DNA of 64,000 nt from Okamejei kenojei (GCA_035221665.1 CM069144.1:34100001-34164000); one strand, 5' to 3'. Numbered from the stretch's first letter, positions 26,561-39,330 are shown. The notes: generated by a model from the sequence alone, not told the origin. Translations and numbers: made by a program.

Positions 26561-27636
26561 AACGTCCCAACAGCTTGTTGAATAACTTTTTTTAATGTAC
26601 TGATTTAAACGTTATACGTGTGCTATTGTGTATTCGCATTGAAAACTAACCGAGGTTTCTTATTATTAGTACCCTGATTTGATAAACCAATTCCAGTACT
26701 TTATAATTGAAATATCCATCCTAGCGATTCATTTTTGTGATGCGATTTACAAACATTGTCACTGTCCCAATTTACCTGCACCCCTATCTCACCTGACCTG
26801 CCCCTGACTCCTGTTTCATGATTGCAACTAACCCCCTATTAAATCATTCCAATGCAAAAGTTCATTTGGTCGGTGTGCAGGCAATTGATTTATAGAAAAT
26901 GGTCAGTATCTGGTGCAAATTTTCTCATGCCTGTGAACAGGATATGATGGTAGCTTCTCCCATATTGTTTTGAATATCATATTGTTTTCTTGCTTATCTA
27001 AATTTATTCATTATTTGATAAGGAGTAATTATGTGAGTGCTTATTACAATCAGTTAGCTTCAAACACTGTTTCTGTTGATCCCATAAATCAGCTGGTAAG
27101 AAGTAGTGATTGCAGAAATCCTGTTCAGGGCCGACAGCATAAAATGGAAATCAAGTAGAAGTGACATTTAATAAGATTGGTTGAAGATATATCCTGAGGA
27201 TTTATTTCACTGGTATTTGAAAGCATATTCAAAATACACCAGAAATGCCAAATATAAATGCAGCAGCATTTAACTTAAAAGAAATATACACTTTAAAAAT
27301 TATTATTGCATGTAATCTCCAGAAGGGACTTCCAGAAGGAAGTGTCTATGTGGCTGGAAGGCAGTAATAGTGTAAGTGAATTACCATGATCAATCTTTAA
27401 TCAGACTGTTGAGTGTGGAAATATAAGACCTCTCAGATCCCATAAGTGTTGGTTCCACCATAACCAACATTATTGAATCTTTTAGTCCCCATTGATGATG
27501 GAGAGGAATCATCAAGATTACGTTCTGATTAAATAAGACATTACAATAGATGAAGCCTTTAGTGTAACTAAAATCCTGAAGTTTAAAACTAGGTTTTGTT
27601 GAAGGATTCCTGGCCCGAAACTTCACCTGTTGGTCA

Positions 27637-28714
27637 CAAGCTGGTGACCAAACTCGCAGAACTGGGTCTCTGCGCATCCTCTGCAATTGGATCCTCGACT
27701 TCCTCATTCACAGACCATAGTCTGTTCGTATTGGTGGAAATTTGTCAGTCTCGACAACAATCAGCACGGGAGCACCTCAAGGCTGCGTGCTCAGCCCCCT
27801 GCCGTACTAACTCTATACTGATGACTGAGTAGCCGGTCATAGTGCGACCTCCATCATCAAGTTCGCTGATGACACCACTGTTGTGGGACGTATCACTGAT
27901 GGGGACGAGTCATAGTATAGAAGTGAGATCGACCGACTAACCAAATGGTGCCAGCACAATAACCTGGCCCTCAACACCAGCAAAACCAAGGAACTGATTG
28001 TGGTATTTGGAAGGGGTAGGATGGGGACCCACAGTCCCATTTATATCATCGGGATCAAGAGCTTCAAATTCCTGGGCATGCATATCTCTGAAGATCTTTC
28101 CTGGTCCGAGAATACTGATGCAATTATATTAAAAAAGCACATCAGCGTCTCTACTTCCTGAGAAAACTACGGAGAGGGTATGTCAAGGAGGACTCTCTCT
28201 AACTTCTACAGGCGCTGACCGGTTGCATCGTGGTTTGGTTTGGCAACTTGAGCGCCCTGGAGCGGAAAAGACGACAAAAAGTAGTAAACACTGCCCAGTC
28301 CATCATCGGCTCTGACCTACCTTCCATCGAGGGGATCTATCGCAGTCACTGCCTCAAAAAGGCTGGCAGCATCATCAAGGATCCACACCATCATGGCGCT
28401 ACCTTCAGGCAGAAGGCACAGGAGCCTGAAGACTGCAATGGCCAGGTTCAGGAATAGCTACTTCCCCACAGCCATCAGGCGATTAAACTCGGCTTGGACA
28501 AAACTCTGAACATTAATAGCCCATTATCTGTTTATTTGTACTTTATCAGTTTATTTATTCATGTGTGTATATATTTATATAATGGTATATGGACACACTG
28601 ATCTGTTCTGTATTCATGCCCACTATGTTCTGGTGTGCTGAAGCAAAGCAAGAATTTCATTGTCCTATCAGGGACATATGACAATAAACTCTCTTGAACT
28701 TGAACTCTTGAACT
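27637..28714 (+). mobile_element. Rex1/Babar-like LINE, 5'-truncated, RT 3' half plus 3' UTR
   Basis: GAPQGCVLSP, KFADDTTVVGRI, WCQHNNLALNTSKTKELIV, FKFLG; ends atgacaataaa + (cttgaa)n. Confidence 0.88.
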
Positions 28715-29087
28715 TCATTTCATCCGCACATACTGCCTGACCCATTGAGTTCCTCCAACACTTTGTATTGTACACTGGGTTTTGATAAACAACTCTAGTA
28801 ATGTGTGCATTGTGGCTTTTTTAGATCCTATAAACCAACATGGCATAGGAAATGGGAACCTTGGCTTGTGCACAGTAACCATCAATATACCATTCAGAAA
28901 CAAGACTTTAGTTGCTGGAATCTCAAGCAAAAAACAAGTGCTGGAGGAACTCAACTGTTGGGCAGCATCTGTGGAGGGAAATTGACAGATGGCATTTCAG
29001 ATCAGGACCCATCTTCAGGCCTGAAGAAAAAAACATTCACACTCATTCTCCACATACATTTGTTAACTGACAAAAAATGGTTATAGT

Positions 29088-29213
29088 CTGAAGAAGGGTC
29101 TCGACCCGAAACATCACCTATTCCTTCGCTCCATAGATGCTGCATCACCTGCTGAGTTTCTCCAGCATTTTTATCTACCTTTGATTTTTCCAGCATCTGC
29201 AGTTCTTTCCTAA
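29088..29213 (+). mobile_element. Short Penelope-terminus insertion with hammerhead motif and ~17 bp TSD
   Basis: CTGAAGAAGGGTCTCGACCCGAAACATC at 29088-29115; acaaaaa(a)tggttatagt at 29070-29087 and 29214-29230. Confidence 0.82.
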
Positions 29214-29640
29214 ACAAAAATGGTTATAGTAGTTACTGAATAAATATATCAACCACATCTGTGTTAACCATATCTGATTTGGGTGGAGCATGCAGCTGCC
29301 CAAGTGGGTGAATGTGGAAGAAAAAGTTGAAGTTGAGTCAACAGACATGGTGAAAAAATTGCAGGTGTTGGAAATCTGAAAGTAAATCTAAACGTTGGAA
29401 ATAACAGATCAAGTAGTGTACATGGAGAGCAAAACATGACACTGTTAACATTTTAAGGTGTAAACTTTGTTTCTCTCTCCATGGATACGTCAGTTTCCAG
29501 AATTTTCTGTTTTTATTTTGGCAAACACTGGCTGATTGTACGGATGCATGGACAATTCCTTTTACAGATGATTAATCCTAGATAATGTTTATTCAAGGTA
29601 TGATGGATGTTTATTTAGGAACAATCTATCAGAGAAAACC

Positions 29641-29960
29641 TCTATATATACTTTTTGTGTGTGTGTGTGTTTGTTTGTGGGTGATTTTTGGCCTTTGATT
29701 CCTTGGTCCGCCAAAACCACACGCAAAAACGCCAAGATTTTTTCCATTTCACTAGCGGTTTCACTTTTACATTAGCAAATCCATTCATTACATTTAGACA
29801 TTTTTATGTGCACATTTTAAAATAAAATCCTTCCCCCCCCTCCCCCCTACTCACTCATTTTGTCGCCTCCTGCTGTCCAGCGACCATAACGGCTGCTGCT
29901 GCCCGGCTCTCCTCCAAAAACGCCAAATTTTTTCTTATTTCGCTGCCGAATTTGCTCTAA
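29641..29960 (+). mobile_element. Non-autonomous Helitron 5' fragment
   Basis: Begins TCTATATATAC..(tg)n and resembles the 5' regions at 42858 and 43571. Confidence 0.5.
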
Positions 29961-29989
29961 TTTTTCCACCCCCCTCCCTCTCCCCCCCT

Positions 29990-30937
29990 CCCTCCCTCTC
30001 CACCCCCCTCCCTCCCCCTGAAAATTTGTCATATTTTCAGTAATGTCGAGAAATATAGCATGAAATTTTCAGATAAGTAGATTTTGGACTCCATGGGGAA
30101 AAATGTCTATTGGAATATGTACAAATGTTACCGTTACTATGCCGTTTTTTTGCAAAAATGTGATTATACACAAACACACACACTCAAAAATAAATAAACA
30201 TTCAAGATCAGACTTTTAATAGTTACTGGACCAAGTGGGACCGATTGGGTCCTGTCCCCTCAACGCGGGGGGGACGGCCTGTGGCATCACACACACACTA
30301 ACCACCCCACACACACTAACCACCCCCCTTGATATTATATTAATTTGTTCCTTTTACCCCATCCCCTGCCCTATTCACTCATGCATAGCCCACAACTCTC
30401 AGGCACAGCTATAGAGTGAGGGGGTAGAGAGGGCAGGGGCAGAGACAGGGCAAGGGGCAGAGGCAGAGAGCGGCAGCAACCTCCCCACCATGCGCCTATA
30501 CGAGGACCCCGAAAGAGCGCGTGGGCGAGCGTCGACCAAAGGACCGCGAGTTAGGCCACCGCAGTCTTCAGCTATGATCTTTGGTCTTCAGTCCAGGGCC
30601 CGACTTCATCGCCAGCTGCATCTTTTGAATAACGGGGAGGGGAAGGGAGGTATGGGGGGATGACGTCACTCGCAGTGCGAGGAAGAAGGCACACAGTTCC
30701 ATTGTGATGTCATCAGCGAAAGACAGTCATTTTTAAATTCAAAGTTTTGTCAGATTTTTTAACATTGTCATTAATAACTCGAGAAATATAGCGTGAAATT
30801 TTCAGATAAAGCGATTTTGGACTCCACGGGATAAATGACGACAGGAATATGTAAAAATGTTACCGTTACAACGTCCTTTTTTCGAGAAGATGTGATAATG
30901 CACACACAAATCCACATACACATACAAGATGAGACTT

Positions 30938-30940
<3 letters not shown>
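29990..30940 (-). mobile_element. Two non-autonomous Helitron copies head-to-tail
   Basis: Minus strand: 5' region aagtctcatcttgtatg at ~30937; 3' hairpin ggacccaatcggtcc + acttggtCCAG at 30226; immediately followed by a new 5' end taactattaaaagtctgatcttg. Confidence 0.7.
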
Positions 30941-30971
<31 letters not shown>

Positions 30972-31993
30972 AGTCCAAGCTCCTACTAATGTCTGAAACT
31001 TCAATGAAATAATCACTGAATTTCAGGGAATGTCCATGCAGTGTATCCTTCTCAAAGTCTGGGTCACAATGTCAGACTGAAGAAGGGTCTCGACCTGAAA
31101 TGTCACCTATTCCTTTTATTCGTATATTTTGTGCATATCTGTAGCCCTACACAGATTTTTCAAGGATTCAAGGTCAGTTTATTGTCACAGGTACCAAATA
31201 AGGTACAGTGAAATTCGAATTCCACTATACACATCCAGCCTAACAGAGTATCTGCCCGTCATTCTTACTCTACTCAGTTTCTTATTCTTACTCAGTTTCC
31301 TTTATGCGGTCAATGAGTTGTCCTTGATTGCGTAAGCTTCAACTTTAGTTAATGGTTTCTTTATTAATAGATTGAATAATTTTTGGAGTGTTAAATAAAT
31401 AAGATTTCCCTGCCATTAAGTTAATAACTGAGCTATAAAGAGCTCTGTGCAAATCCAAGTTGTCTCTTCGATGACCTGAAAATGTTCAAGCTAATCAGTC
31501 ACTTTATCCTTAATTATAGACTGGTAATTTTATTGCAACTGAAGTTGGGATAATTGACCTATAATTCCCTGGTTTCTCCCTCACTGTTCTGAAGTAGTCA
31601 ATTGACAAATAGAACTAGAAAAACCTTGTAAAGGCAAATTCAATTGGATGGTATGACATGATTGTACCAGTGTCACAGGGAAACCTGGTTGGTTTTATAA
31701 TCTAACGAGATGCTTTTTGAATTGAGACCATATTGCAAATGGTGTAACTATAAATATTCCCACATACATTTTTAAAATGCCTTTGGGATGGAACCCGTTT
31801 AGGTCCTGGCATTTGACATTCTTTGATGTTATTGTTTCCTCATATTTTGTTACCACAAAAATATATTTAAAAAGTGCATGTAGATGGGGTAGGTGCTCCA
31901 TTTCAGTCCACAAGGATGAACCCTGTGCTTTCAGGTGGCTGTCATTTTAATTCTGCACGCCATTCCGCTCGAATCTCTCTTTTTGATTTCTCA

Positions 31994-32250
31994 AGCCCCT
32001 GTCCCACTTGCGTGTCCTCGTCATTACGTTGAGATGCACGGGTATCGTATGGGCTGCGCGGGACGATGCAATGGAGAAGCGCGGAGGGGTATGGAGTTGT
32101 GCACGCTATTGCGCGGCTCTCCAGGATTTTGTAGGGAAACAATCTTCACGCGCCTCGGGCGTGACGTAGGTCCCAAGATACCCGTGCACCTCAACGCGAC
32201 GACGAGGTTGTGTAATTAACGTGCCAAGGACACGTAAGTGGGACGGGGCT
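31994..32250. mobile_element. PIF/Harbinger-like MITE
   Basis: ~25 bp TIRs agcccctgtcccacttgcgtgtcct / aggacacgtaagtgggacggggct, flanked by tca/tta (TNA-type 3-bp target). Confidence 0.75.
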
Positions 32251-32516
32251 TTACACTATTGTAATGAAGCAGAATCTGAAGGAATAGCACCACCTCTTGG
32301 TATGTTATAGATTTTGGGGCTTAATATTGACTTCGGCACTTTCAGATAATCAGCACTCAACTCTTGTCTGTATTTCAATCATATGGTGTTTATCAACTCC
32401 CTTTCTGGTATTTTACCACTTGCATCGATTACTTCCAGTCATTCTGCTGGCATCTCCACCATTTTGTAATTCAGTCTGTATGTAACAATAGCAAGGTCAT
32501 GGGTGACGTCTTTAGA

Positions 32517-32637
32517 TGTCTCGGCCCGAAACGTCACCCATTCCTTCACTCCAGAGATGCTGCCTATCCCACTGAGTTACTCTGGCTTTTTGTGTCTTTT
32601 TTGGTTTAAACCAGCATCTGCAGTTCCATCCTACACA
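32517..32637 (+). mobile_element. Penelope-terminus fragment with partial hammerhead motif
   Basis: gtctcggcccgaaacgtcacccattccttcactccagagatgctgcc..ccagcatctgcagttcc, same family as 29088. Confidence 0.75.
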
Positions 32638-34667
32638 ATAACAAGGCCGTGCATAGTTCTGGTCATCAGGCTATGGGAAATAAACCATTGCACGGGAAAA
32701 GGTATGGAACATATTTGCTAAAATATTAGATAAGATTAATTTGAGTTTTTTTGGAACAGAGAAGGCTGAGAGGAAATTTGTGTATGTAAAGTAAGGAGGG
32801 ACCCAGATGAACTAAGTAGAAGCTGCATGGTTCCACTTCAAATAGCAAAGGGATGGAAAAATAGGAGGGTATTAATTTAATTGGAAGATAGATTAGAGAG
32901 AATCTGAGGGGGGGGGGGGGGTGGTGGTGTCACCAAGAAAGTGGTAGTGGGACTGGAAGGGCAGAAATCCTTACTAATCCATACTAAAATTGGAGTGAAA
33001 AACCATGATCTGTGTGACTGCAGACTTGTGCTGGGAAGTGGGATTATGTTGGCTAGCTTTTATGATTGACACAGCTACAATGAATGAATACCCTCGCTGT
33101 AAATTTTCTACAATTCTCTTGTATTCCACAGATCTTGCTTTTTGTTCTCTCTACCTCTCCCTGACATTTCTTAGTCGTGAAAATAATTTGACTTCTAAAT
33201 TTTCCCAATTCTGATGAAATATTAATACTATTTCTCTCTCCTTGAATGCTGCCTGACCTGCAGAGTATTTCCATCTCTTTCTATGTTTACTTCCAGTAAA
33301 TGATTTTGACACCCCTTGGAGATTTCTCTCCCTGCTCTTATACCTCTTGCTGTCTGCCTAGTCATTAATTTTATCCAAGACGCAGAGACATTTTCTTATG
33401 CTTTTTGTTTAAGTTTTATGTTACCCCTTTCTGCTCTTTAGTTATGCATGAATATTATTTTGGTTATTATTGGAAAGTAAAAACTGAGGACATCAATTTC
33501 CTTCCATTGATCTTCTGTTGTTTTACCCATTAGCTCCTTTGTTCCATTCCATTAGGCCAACTGTGCCTAAATCTGTCTTCATAATGACTGCCTTGATTTC
33601 AGACAGCATGTTGAATTTGATCATGTTGTAGTCATTATTAGATAAACGCTAATGTAGTGTTGTTAATTACATATGGAGGAGTCATAACTAAATCCGCTCT
33701 GGACTTCCATTCCCCCAGTTTGTTGATAGTAGAATATATTGTTACAGAAACTTTTTTTACATATTCAAGAAATTGCCTGCATTTCAGGCATCAATTAGTC
33801 TGCTGATTTTAATCTGTGTGAAAATTTAAAACAATTCTGCCTGTACCATGTCCTTGTCTAATTTGTATATTCTGCCACCACATTGTCATGTTATTTTCTA
33901 CCCATAAGATTGCATTACCTGCTTATCTCTTGTCATTCAAGTTACTTCATTCTCAATTGCTGAGGTTCCTTTGCTTTCTATCACTTTCTCAATCTTCTCT
34001 ACAGAAGTTATTTATTTAGTTCCCTACGTAGATCAAGTTTTCCTGTTTCGGCAGAAGAATCGAGTCATCACAACCAAGTTAAATTTACACTTGGATATTC
34101 CAGATGTTTCTCTTACTCCATCTATTTACTTTTGCTAGTTATGCTCAAAGTTTGTGCTGTTGGTTTAAATTGCATATTTAATATCTCAAACCTTATCTGA
34201 TGAACTGTATATTTTCACCTGCTAAAGAAAAAGTGATTTGAATATTTTTAATGGATTCCAGTAAGCCAACATATTTTGCTAAATGTTTTTGTTCAGTGGT
34301 ACAATCTTGTGAAATTTCATTATTATGCAACAGCAACATATAGTTTTGGTCATAGACCCTGTGAGTTTACTGCAAAACGCTATGCTGCAAATCTTAAAGA
34401 ACACTCAATCTTGGGTATGTCTTTTATATGACCCATTTTACACCTAGAACGTGTGTGGCGTTAGAATTACCTACCTCAGCTGTTTTACAAATTAACTAGT
34501 TTTCTAAGTAGATTATGTTCTTCAAAGGAAGTTTGATGTGATTGAAGGTTCATGAGAAATTATTCAGAAAGTAGGTTCAGATGCAGTAAATTGCTTCTGG
34601 CTTCCAATGTCAAGGAAACCTTCAGCTTTATCAACATTCCTTTAACCCGGTATAAGAACAAACTATG

Positions 34668-35335
34668 TTATAGTAACAGGATCGGTCCGTGTCAGCATGG
34701 ATTTACGATGGGGAAATCATGCTTGACTAATCTTAGGGAATTTTTTGAGGATGTAACTAGGAAAATGGACAAGGGAGAGCCAATTGATGTAGTGTACCTG
34801 GACTTTCAGAAAGCATTTGATAAGGTCCCACATAGGAGATTAGTAGGCGAAATTAGGGCACATGGTATTGGGGGTAGAGTGCTGGCATGGATGAAAAATT
34901 GGTTGGCAGACAGGAAACAAAGAGTATGGATTAACAGGTCTCTTTCAGAATGGCAGGCAGTGACTAGTGGGGTACCGCAAGGCTCGGTGCTGGGACTGCA
35001 GCTATTTACAATATACATCAATGATTTAGATGATGGGATTCAAAGTAACATTAGCAAATTTGCAGATGACACCAAGCTGGGTGGCAGTGTGAACTGTGAG
35101 GAGGATGCCATGAGAATGCAAGGTGACTTGGACAGGTTGGGTGAGTGCGCAGTTTAATGTGGATAAATGTGAGGTTATCCACTTTGGTAGCAAAAACAGG
35201 AAGGCAGATTATTATCTAAATGGTGTGAGGTTGGGAAAAGGGGAAGTACAACGGGATCTGGGGGTCCTTGTTCATCAGTCAATGAAAGTAAGCAAGCAGG
35301 TATAGCAGGCAGTGAAGAAAGCGAATGGCATGTTT
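34668..35335 (+). mobile_element. CR1 LINE RT fragment (5' part, interrupted by an insertion)
   Basis: ORF 34552-35157: [42 protein letters not shown]. Confidence 0.92.
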
Positions 35336-36710
35336 TACAGATTACAGATTACAGATTCTTTATTGTCATTCATAGACCTTTCGGTCTGAAGAAATTTCGT
35401 TACCCCATTGCAGTCATAACATGTAATAAATTAAAACAAAACACACAATAAACACATAATTTAACATCTCACCACAGTGAGTTCACCCAAGCACCTCCTC
35501 ACTGTGTGGAAGGCAAAAGTCTTAAGTCTTTGTCAATTTTCCCCCTACTTGATCCCCTCTGTACTGAGCAATCCAGGCCTTCGATGTCATCGTCCACCAG
35601 GCCCGCGGCCGAGCCTCCGAAGCCAGGCCGCCACCGCCGCCGCCGCCAGAAACGCCGGAACACCACCACAGCCTCCCAGTCAGGATCGACCACGGAACGC
35701 TGGAGCCAATTCTCGCCGGAGCTCTGAAACCGGGCCGCCGCTGGAGCACCTGCTGGAGAGCCGCTGGAGAGCCGCCGAGTCCGCCGGAGCGCCGAAGACT
35801 GGGCGCGCCGCCGGCCACAACAACCGCGCCGGGAGAAGCCGCTGAGGAGAGCCCCCCCCCCGGGAGCCCGCCGTGAGCGCCAATGCCACTGGCCGCTGCT
35901 CGGAACACCACGCTGGGAGAGGCCGCCGGAAGAGTCCGCCCGGTAGTCACCCCGCCGGGTTAGCGCCGGAAGACGTGGCCGCCCCGCCCCCCCGGGGAAC
36001 CCCACCCCCCCGGCTGGAAGCCCCGCTAAGAAGCGCCAATTGCCCGGGCCGCTGCTGGACAAACACCGCCGGAGACCCCTGCTGGATGAGCCGCCGGAGT
36101 CGCCGAAGCGCCCGAAGAAGACAGGGCCAGCGACGCCGGCACAAAACAACAAAAACCCGCATGGAGAAGCCGCCGGAGCTGCCAATGCCAGCCGGGGCAC
36201 GCCTGCTGGAAACAAAACCCGCTGGAAGCCCAGCTAGAGCGCCACTATGCCCGGGACCGCTTGCTGGAACCACCCCCGCTGGAGCAACTGCTGAAAGCGC
36301 TTGAAGCCGCCGCGCCGCCCGCCGCCGCAGCGCCTATCCCCTGCCGCGGACAACCGATCTGGCTCTTGAAACGCTCCGCCCATACAGCTCCGAGGCCACC
36401 CAGTCAACTACCGCCATTAGGCCCTCGCCACAGACGGAGACGAGAGGATACGGTCGACCGGGTGGACCACGACAAGAAAAGGTCGCGCATCCCCCTGAAG
36501 GGGAGAGACAAAAAACCATTGTTTCCCCCCCTCCTTCCCACTCCCGCCCCCCCCCCCCCCCCCCCCCCCCACCCTCCCCCCTCCCCCCCCCCCCACAACA
36601 AACATCACAGCCTAATAAAAACCCAAACAAATTTCTAACTAAAAAACAGAACACAGAAAGGACAAAAAAAAAGTAAAAAAACAGACCGGACTGCAGGTGA
36701 GGCCCGCCAG
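35336..36710 (-). mobile_element. GC-rich non-autonomous retroelement with Rex/Babar-type 3' end, nested in CR1
   Basis: Minus-strand 3' end aatttc-[cagaccgaaaggtctatg hairpin]-atgacaataaag-(aatctgt)n; the CR1 sequence resumes at ~36711 where it stopped at 35335. Confidence 0.65.
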
Positions 36711-37425
36711 CTGTTTGACCTTCATACTAAAGAGTTGCGTATATAAGGAGCAAAAGAAGGTCCTATTCTGCAGAAATTTGTATACAGCGGCCCCCTAGTG
36801 CGAGACCCAACACCTTGGAGTTATTGTGTTGAAGTTTTTAGATCAGCCAAAGTTTTGAGAAGGAACATTCCTATGCTACATTGAGGGTGCAGCCGTATGT
36901 CTCACATACACGTTAATTCCTCCCCGGGAATGGCGGGTACTGTCCCATATCCTGAAGAGAAAATGGAGCGGCAGGCCTTGTAAAATACCTCTTAGAATTT
37001 AGAAGGAATGAGGGGGAATCTTATTTGAAACAATAGAGATTATTAGGGTTTGGAACATGCTATGGACAGGAAATACATGTTCCCCGCGATTGGTGGGCGG
37101 GAGACCAGATACAGCAGGGACCACCAGTGTTATAGCCATAAGGGGGTTAAGAAGCCATTTGGCACTGAGATGCATGAAAACGAACTTGGTTCTCACACAG
37201 AGAGCTGAAAGTGTGTGGTATTCTCTGCCTCGGAGGGCGGTGGAGGCTGGTTCTCTGGATACTTTCAAGAAAAAGCTAGATAGGGCTCTTAAAGGTAGCA
37301 GAATCGGGATATGGGGAGAAGGCAGGAACGGGGTATTGATTGTGGATGATCAGCCATGATCACATTAAATGGCGGTGCTGGCTCGAAGGGCTGAATGGCC
37401 TGCTTCTGCACCTATTGTCTTTGTT
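36711..37425 (+). mobile_element. CR1 LINE 3' part (continuation of 34668-35335)
   Basis: Noisy ORF2 end then a clean 3' UTR ggatgatcagccatgatcac..ggctcgaagggctgaatggcct..cctattgtct. Confidence 0.85.
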
Positions 37426-37583
37426 TTTATTGTTGTCATCGGAATAATGATGACTTCTAAAGTAATCAACTGAACAGGTTTGCCAATGTAGGTAATGTTG
37501 AAGAAAATGTTACTCCGATTCGTCGTCTCAAACGGGATGATCAAAGTTAAATTAGAAAATTCTTGGAGTAGTTATAAGATATA

Positions 37584-37890
37584 CTAGACCAAGTGCAGAC
37601 CCATTGTGTCTGCTCCCCGAATGCAATATTGCACCACTCACGCATAGCCCCCAACTGCGCAGGTGCGGCCCATTTCTCCTCAGCACTCCCTCCTCTCCAT
37701 ACTCCCTCTTCAATCCCTGGGGGGGGGGGGGGGGGGGAGAAAGGGAGGGAGGGGGAGGGGGGGAGAAGAGAGAGAGAGAGCCCTCCTCCACACCCCCATC
37801 TCCCTTCCTCGCATCTCTCTACCACCCCACCTCCCCTCTCCATTTCCCTGATCCTCCACACACCACCCCCCCCCCCTCCCCCCCCCCATA
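37584..37890 (-). mobile_element. Non-autonomous Helitron 3' fragment
   Basis: Minus strand: gcagacacaatgggtctgc hairpin + acttggtCTAG|T. Confidence 0.72.
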
Positions 37891-38309
37891 TTTGATTAGA
37901 TAATTGCCATCCTAGACTATACTAATGAGAGTCCTCTGAATGTCAAAGTTATTGTGGTTTTATTTTCATAATGTTGCTCTGCTTCCTTCATTCATTGGTC
38001 CTTTCCTGTGAGATTGGTGTGATTCTTTTGCAAGCCATGGAGTCTTAATATTATTATGCAGTCAAACTCTTAGTTCAGCATTGCTTTCTTTCCTTTAATA
38101 CATTAATGGATTCAGAGGGGCAGTAACCACAGCCACACAGCAAATTAAATATAGATTCAACAAAATCTTGTAATATTGGTGCAGCTCAGAATTGTCCCTG
38201 GTGCATTAAATACACTATTTCCCACATGGAATGGGCAATATTGTGCATTGTTTATTTTGTTGCTGATGTCATTCCCTGTATGAATTCCATAACTCCCTAC
38301 TTACTGCAC

Positions 38310-38396
38310 AATAATTGCTGTTCCAACCCAGGTCACTGGCAAATTGCCAGAGTTACTGTAAGGCAGCAACTCTACTGCTGTGCCACTGTGCTGCCC
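38310..38396 (-). mobile_element. tRNA-derived SINE head (HE1/V-SINE-like)
   Basis: Reverse complement gggcagcacagtggcacagcagtagagttgctgcc..gacctgggttggaac, with A-box- and B-box-like motifs. Confidence 0.6.
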
Positions 38397-38784
38397 TAGT
38401 CATGTAATTTGTTTTTCCCTCCAGCTCTGCCTTCCAGGTCATGGCAAATTGGCCTTTTTTTTTTCTAATATTTCCTCTGGTTCTGTTTGTAAACACCTAA
38501 ATATGTCCTGTGCTGAATACTTCCTGTGGAAACCAATTTTTCCATATTTACTCTGTCATTCATAATTTTGAACACCATTCTGACTTCTCACTTTAAAACG
38601 GTGGATGGGCTTCAAGCATGATGACATCTTGGTTGTAACGAAGAAGACCTGATCCAGAAGGTCGTAGAACATTAGCCAAGCTTTTCTAGGACAACCCTGG
38701 TATCCAAACAGCAGTGTGGAAAAATATCCCACAAAAAGCAGGACAAATCCAGTCTATCAGGTTACCATGCTATTGCAGCACAAC

Positions 38785-39040
38785 TGGTACTGCCACTACC
38801 TGTCATCACAAAATATCTAGTTCAATCCAGACGTCTGGATGCCCTAGTTTCCACGCACAACCCTAAGGTATGTGGATTGGTAAGTTAATGAGCTACTGTA
38901 AATTGTCCCTAGCGTGTAAATGAGTGGTAGAATCTGGAGGCTGTTATTAAGAATGTGGAGATTTTATTTTTTTTTTAATGGGATTCATTTGGATGGTTGA
39001 TGATCAAAGTGGGCCAAAGGTCCTGTTTCTGTCTCTTTAT
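38785..39040 (+). mobile_element. HE1/V-SINE (degenerate)
   Basis: V-core-like ggtaagttaatgagctactgtaaattgtccctagcgtgt and tail gggccaaaggtcctgtttctgt. Confidence 0.65.
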
Positions 39041-39124
39041 CAATTTACTCTAATTGCTAAATGATTGAAGGTTTTACGGACAGTGATATCGGCAACCCTT
39101 AACAGGGGCAGAAGTGTGGAAACA

Positions 39125-39330
39125 TTTACCGTGAGGATGGTAGGTATATGGGATAAGATGCCAGAGGAGGTTGTTGAGGCAGGTATGATAAAAGCATTTA
39201 AAAGACACTTGGACAAATACATGGATAGGAAAAGTTCAGATGGATACAGGCCAAATGTGGACAAATGGGATGCCTGGCCAACATGGATGAGTTGGGCCAA
39301 TGGGCCTATTTCCACGCTGAATGACTCTGT
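39125..39330 (+). mobile_element. CR1 LINE 3' end fragment
   Basis: FTVRMVGIWDKMPEEVVEAGMIKAFKRHLDKYM (CR1 ORF2 C-terminus) followed by the 3' tail. Confidence 0.8.

Noticed and set aside
35477-36654. Many overlapping 100-238 aa ORFs on both strands
   Set aside because: They are a by-product of high GC content and repeats, with low-complexity translations and no domain.
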